DNA from: Myxococcota bacterium
GTDB lineage: Bacteria > Myxococcota_A > Bradymonadia > UBA7976 > UBA1532
DNA length: 29,852 bases
NCBI GenBank assembly: GCA_036337435.1
Contig: JAYZEG010000057.1
Coordinates: 1 to 29,852, forward strand
Direction of reading: 5' to 3'
The stretch's first letter is position 1. Each line of letters opens with the position of its first letter. The translations under genes and the position numbers were made by a program. Positions 27,101 to 29,852 of the stretch are shown one piece after another. The notes beneath the pieces were generated by a model. It saw only the letters and a list, made by a program, of their open reading frames with translations. It was not told the DNA's origin and ran no database searches.

Positions 27101-28270
27101 TTAAGCCTGGTTTGCGATAGCAGCGACGATCTTTCGAGCGCCGTCAGCCATGTCATCGGCAGGAATCAGAGCCAAACCGCTCTCTGCCAGTATTTTTTGA
27201 CCAAGTTCGACGTTGGTTCCAGCCAGTCGAACCACCACAGGTATTGTGAGGCCAAGTTCTTTCGCGGCGGCGACAACGCCGTTTGCAATGATGTCGCACT
27301 TCATGATGCCACCAAAGATATTCACGAAAATGCCGGCTACATTTGGATCACTGAGAATAATCTTGAATCCGGCCGTTACTTTCTCAGTCGTGGCACCACC
27401 ACCGACGTCAAGGAAGTTGGCGGGCTCGGCCACGAACTCCTTAATGATGTCCATTGTTGCCATCGCGAGCCCGGCCCCATTGACCATGCAGCCGATATTG
27501 CCGTCTAAACTGATGTAATTGAGATCGTACTTGCTGGCTTCTACCTCTTTCGCATCTTCTTCGTCTAAATCTCGCATCTCTAGGAGAGTTGCGTGCCTGA
27601 AAAGGGCGTTACTATCAAAGTTGATCTTGGCATCGAGGGCAAGAACGTCACCGTCGCCGGTGATCAATAAGGGATTGATTTCAGCGAGTGAGCAGTCGTT
27701 CTCAACAAACGCTGTATACAAGGCCTGCATGAACTTAACGGCCTTGCGAACAGATCCACCCTGCAATCCGAGTCCGTAAGCTAGATTTCGGGCTTGATAG
27801 CCGGCCAGGCCGACAGCGGGATCAACCCATTCCTTCAGAATCTTCTCTGGGTGCTCCGCTGCAACTTCTTCGATCTCAGTCCCTCCCTCCGTGCTAGCCA
27901 TGAAACAAATACGGCGTCGGTCGCGGTCCAAGACCACTCCGAGGTATAGTTCACGGTGGATGTCAGCCCCCTCTTCGATGTACACGCGTCGGACCAACTG
28001 ACCCTCAGGGCCTGTTTGGTGCGTGATCAACTGCATGCCCAAAATTTCACTGGCAAGCGTTCGAACCTCTTCGATGCTGCGAGCCAATTTGACACCACCG
28101 CCTTTGCCACGGCCACCGGCATGGATTTGAGCTTTAACAACCCAAACCTTGCCTCCGAGACGCTCTGCGGCATCAACAGCCTCATCTGCCGTAAACGCAA
28201 CATGTCCACGGGGTACGGCTACCCCATAATTAGCCAGTAATTCTTTCGCTTGGTATTCGTGTATCTTCAT
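27101..28270 (-). CDS. sucC: Succinyl-CoA synthetase beta subunit (ADP-forming type)
   Basis: [57 protein letters not shown] and [10 protein letters not shown]. Confidence 0.98.
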   Translation of the reverse strand: MKIHEYQAKELLANYGVAVPRGHVAFTADEAVDAAERLGGKVWVVKAQIHAGGRGKGGGVKLARSIEEVRTLASEILGMQLITHQTGPEGQLVRRVYIEEGADIHRELYLGVVLDRDRRRICFMASTEGGTEIEEVAAEHPEKILKEWVDPAVGLAGYQARNLAYGLGLQGGSVRKAVKFMQALYTAFVENDCSLAEINPLLITGDGDVLALDAKINFDSNALFRHATLLEMRDLDEEDAKEVEASKYDLNYISLDGNIGCMVNGAGLAMATMDIIKEFVAEPANFLDVGGGATTEKVTAGFKIILSDPNVAGIFVNIFGGIMKCDIIANGVVAAAKELGLTIPVVVRLAGTNVELGQKILAESGLALIPADDMADGARKIVAAIANQA

Positions 28271-28518
28271 CTGAAGCTTTGCTCCACGCCGGTGCAGTTA
28301 ATGTGTTCGACCCACTTGAGACAGAGAATTGACTAACTGGTTTTCAGAATCCAATCAAGGATCAAAAAGGTGAAATGCCATACAAATAAATCTCGCTGCT
28401 TCAGCTCAATTTCACGGAGGCGCAAAAACAGTCACGCGCTGCGAAGTTTTTTTCGCATCTTGCGTCTCACAGAAAATGGGCTTTACATGTTCAAAAGAGC
28501 ATTGATTGGACCCGTTTC

Positions 28519-29852
28519 GTGAGTGAACATGACAAACTAACGTCCGTTGCAAACCGGCTAAAGCTTCGGACAAAAGTCATTCTAATGCTTTTGATCGTCA
28601 GCCTCGGCCCGCTGCTAACAGCAGGTTTCGTGAACGTCAATCGCGCTATGGATCGCGGCAAAAAGAATGCAGCAAATCACTTTGCTGACACGACGCGGTT
28701 GACAGCGAACGCATTTAGCGACCTTTTTGAACACCTTCAATTCGAACTCCGCAGCATCGCTCGCCGGTTTCCTGCTGAAGACTTCGATGCCGACTCCATC
28801 AGACGTCAGCTCGCGGTGCAACCTGGCTTACTCCCCTCACTAGACCAATGGCAAGATGCACCCTTTGTCTCGTTTGCCGGCCGAGACTTCCGAACGTTCT
28901 TTTTGGCACTCCCTGATGGCGAGGTCTACTACGCCTACCCCTATCGAAACGTCACTCGCCCCGTGAAACTTGGTGCCCATGATTGGTTTCAGCAGGGCCG
29001 CCTGAAGGGCGGGATGATGGCCGGTCCGATGCCCGCGCTGACCGGGACCAGGGGACCCTCACTGGTGGTCACGATGCCGCTCTTCAATTCAGCCAAAAAG
29101 CCGGTGGGCTATATCGGTGCTTTGGTGGATACACGTCGACTACAGCAGGTCATTGGACGCGCCGAACGGGATCGAGCTTCAGAAAACAAAGGGGCCTTCA
29201 TGCTGAGAACGCCCAGTGGTCTTATCATGGCCCACACCGACTCAAAACAAGTCGGGCGCACAGCTCAAGCAGACGTACTGCGTACAGCAACATCAGAGAC
29301 AACCGAACTCACGCGTGGTGAGAGAACACTCCTCGTGGCCAATTGGGCTGTCGGAAAGAACGGCTGGGTGGTCACCCGCACAGCATCTACTGACTATGTC
29401 TATCGATTTGTCCACGAACTCATTCGTGTTCTCATCGTCGTCACCGTGCTGACGTTTCTGTTTATCTTACTCCTGGCCGACTATCTGGCTGGGCTGATCT
29501 TGAGGCCAATTCGCGAGCTAGAGCGCGGTGCACAAATGATCGGGGCCGGTGCTCTTGATTACCGAATCGAACTCGATGCCCATCGTGCTGACGAGCTGGG
29601 CCAACTCGCGCGCTCGTTCAACTCTATGGCGGACAGTCTGCAAGATACACAGAGTCAAATTAGGGCTTATGGGCGTAGTTTGGAGACGGCAAACCAAGAA
29701 CTGGATGCAATGGTCTATGCGATTACCCACGATGTGCGCAAATCTCTCCGGGGCATAGGTGCCTACACTCGGTTTCTCGACGACGACTTTGGTCAGCAAT
29801 TGGGTAACAATGGTCGTGAAATGCTCAATACCATTTCAATAAATGTCGACCG
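28519..29852 (+). CDS. Sensor histidine kinase (TM-dCache-TM-HAMP-HisKA), 3'-truncated by window edge
   Basis: Hand translation of frame +1 from GTG 28519 is open to the window end: KLRTKVILMLLIVSLGPLL (TM1), DWFQQG...LVVTMPL...VGYIGALVD...GLIMAHTD (dCache), TM2, RPIRELERGA..IGAG.LDYRI....DELGQLARSFNSMA (HAMP) and ITHDVRKSLRGI (H-box). Confidence 0.9.
   Translation, partial: MSEHDKLTSVANRLKLRTKVILMLLIVSLGPLLTAGFVNVNRAMDRGKKNAANHFADTTRLTANAFSDLFEHLQFELRSIARRFPAEDFDADSIRRQLAVQPGLLPSLDQWQDAPFVSFAGRDFRTFFLALPDGEVYYAYPYRNVTRPVKLGAHDWFQQGRLKGGMMAGPMPALTGTRGPSLVVTMPLFNSAKKPVGYIGALVDTRRLQQVIGRAERDRASENKGAFMLRTPSGLIMAHTDSKQVGRTAQADVLRTATSETTELTRGERTLLVANWAVGKNGWVVTRTASTDYVYRFVHELIRVLIVVTVLTFLFILLLADYLAGLILRPIRELERGAQMIGAGALDYRIELDAHRADELGQLARSFNSMADSLQDTQSQIRAYGRSLETANQELDAMVYAITHDVRKSLRGIGAYTRFLDDDFGQQLGNNGREMLNTISINVD

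Overview
A mostly housekeeping and envelope region of a moderate-GC bacterium. Gene content points to Myxococcota or a related deltaproteobacterial lineage (GltG/AgmX-type TonB-like protein, MXAN_5187-like protein, Pkn-type Ser/Thr kinase, giant TPR proteins, sucC-sucD-ndk-rlmN-mtnP block); this assignment is inference. Left to right: partial gltG-like gene, a hidden 53-aa small protein, grxC, a 1,350-aa lipidated metzincin, a Zn-ribbon Ser/Thr kinase, a lipoprotein, a TPR protein ending in an apparently catalytically dead CHAT (caspase-like) domain plus a small TPR partner, an O-methyltransferase and YdjY-like lipoprotein pair, then a long minus-strand run (sucC, sucD, ndk, rlmN, mtnP, Cache-HAMP-MXAN_5187-like receptor, proC, divIVA, peptidase MA, giant TPR, EboC-like UbiA prenyltransferase) and a partial dCache-HAMP histidine kinase missing from the ORF track. 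I saw no rRNA, tRNA, CRISPR array or mobile element. The best leads are the putative pseudo-caspase (TPR-CHAT) locus beside the kinase and the Cache-HAMP receptor with an uncharacterised output domain upstream of proC-divIVA. All family calls come from motif recognition by eye, not database searches.
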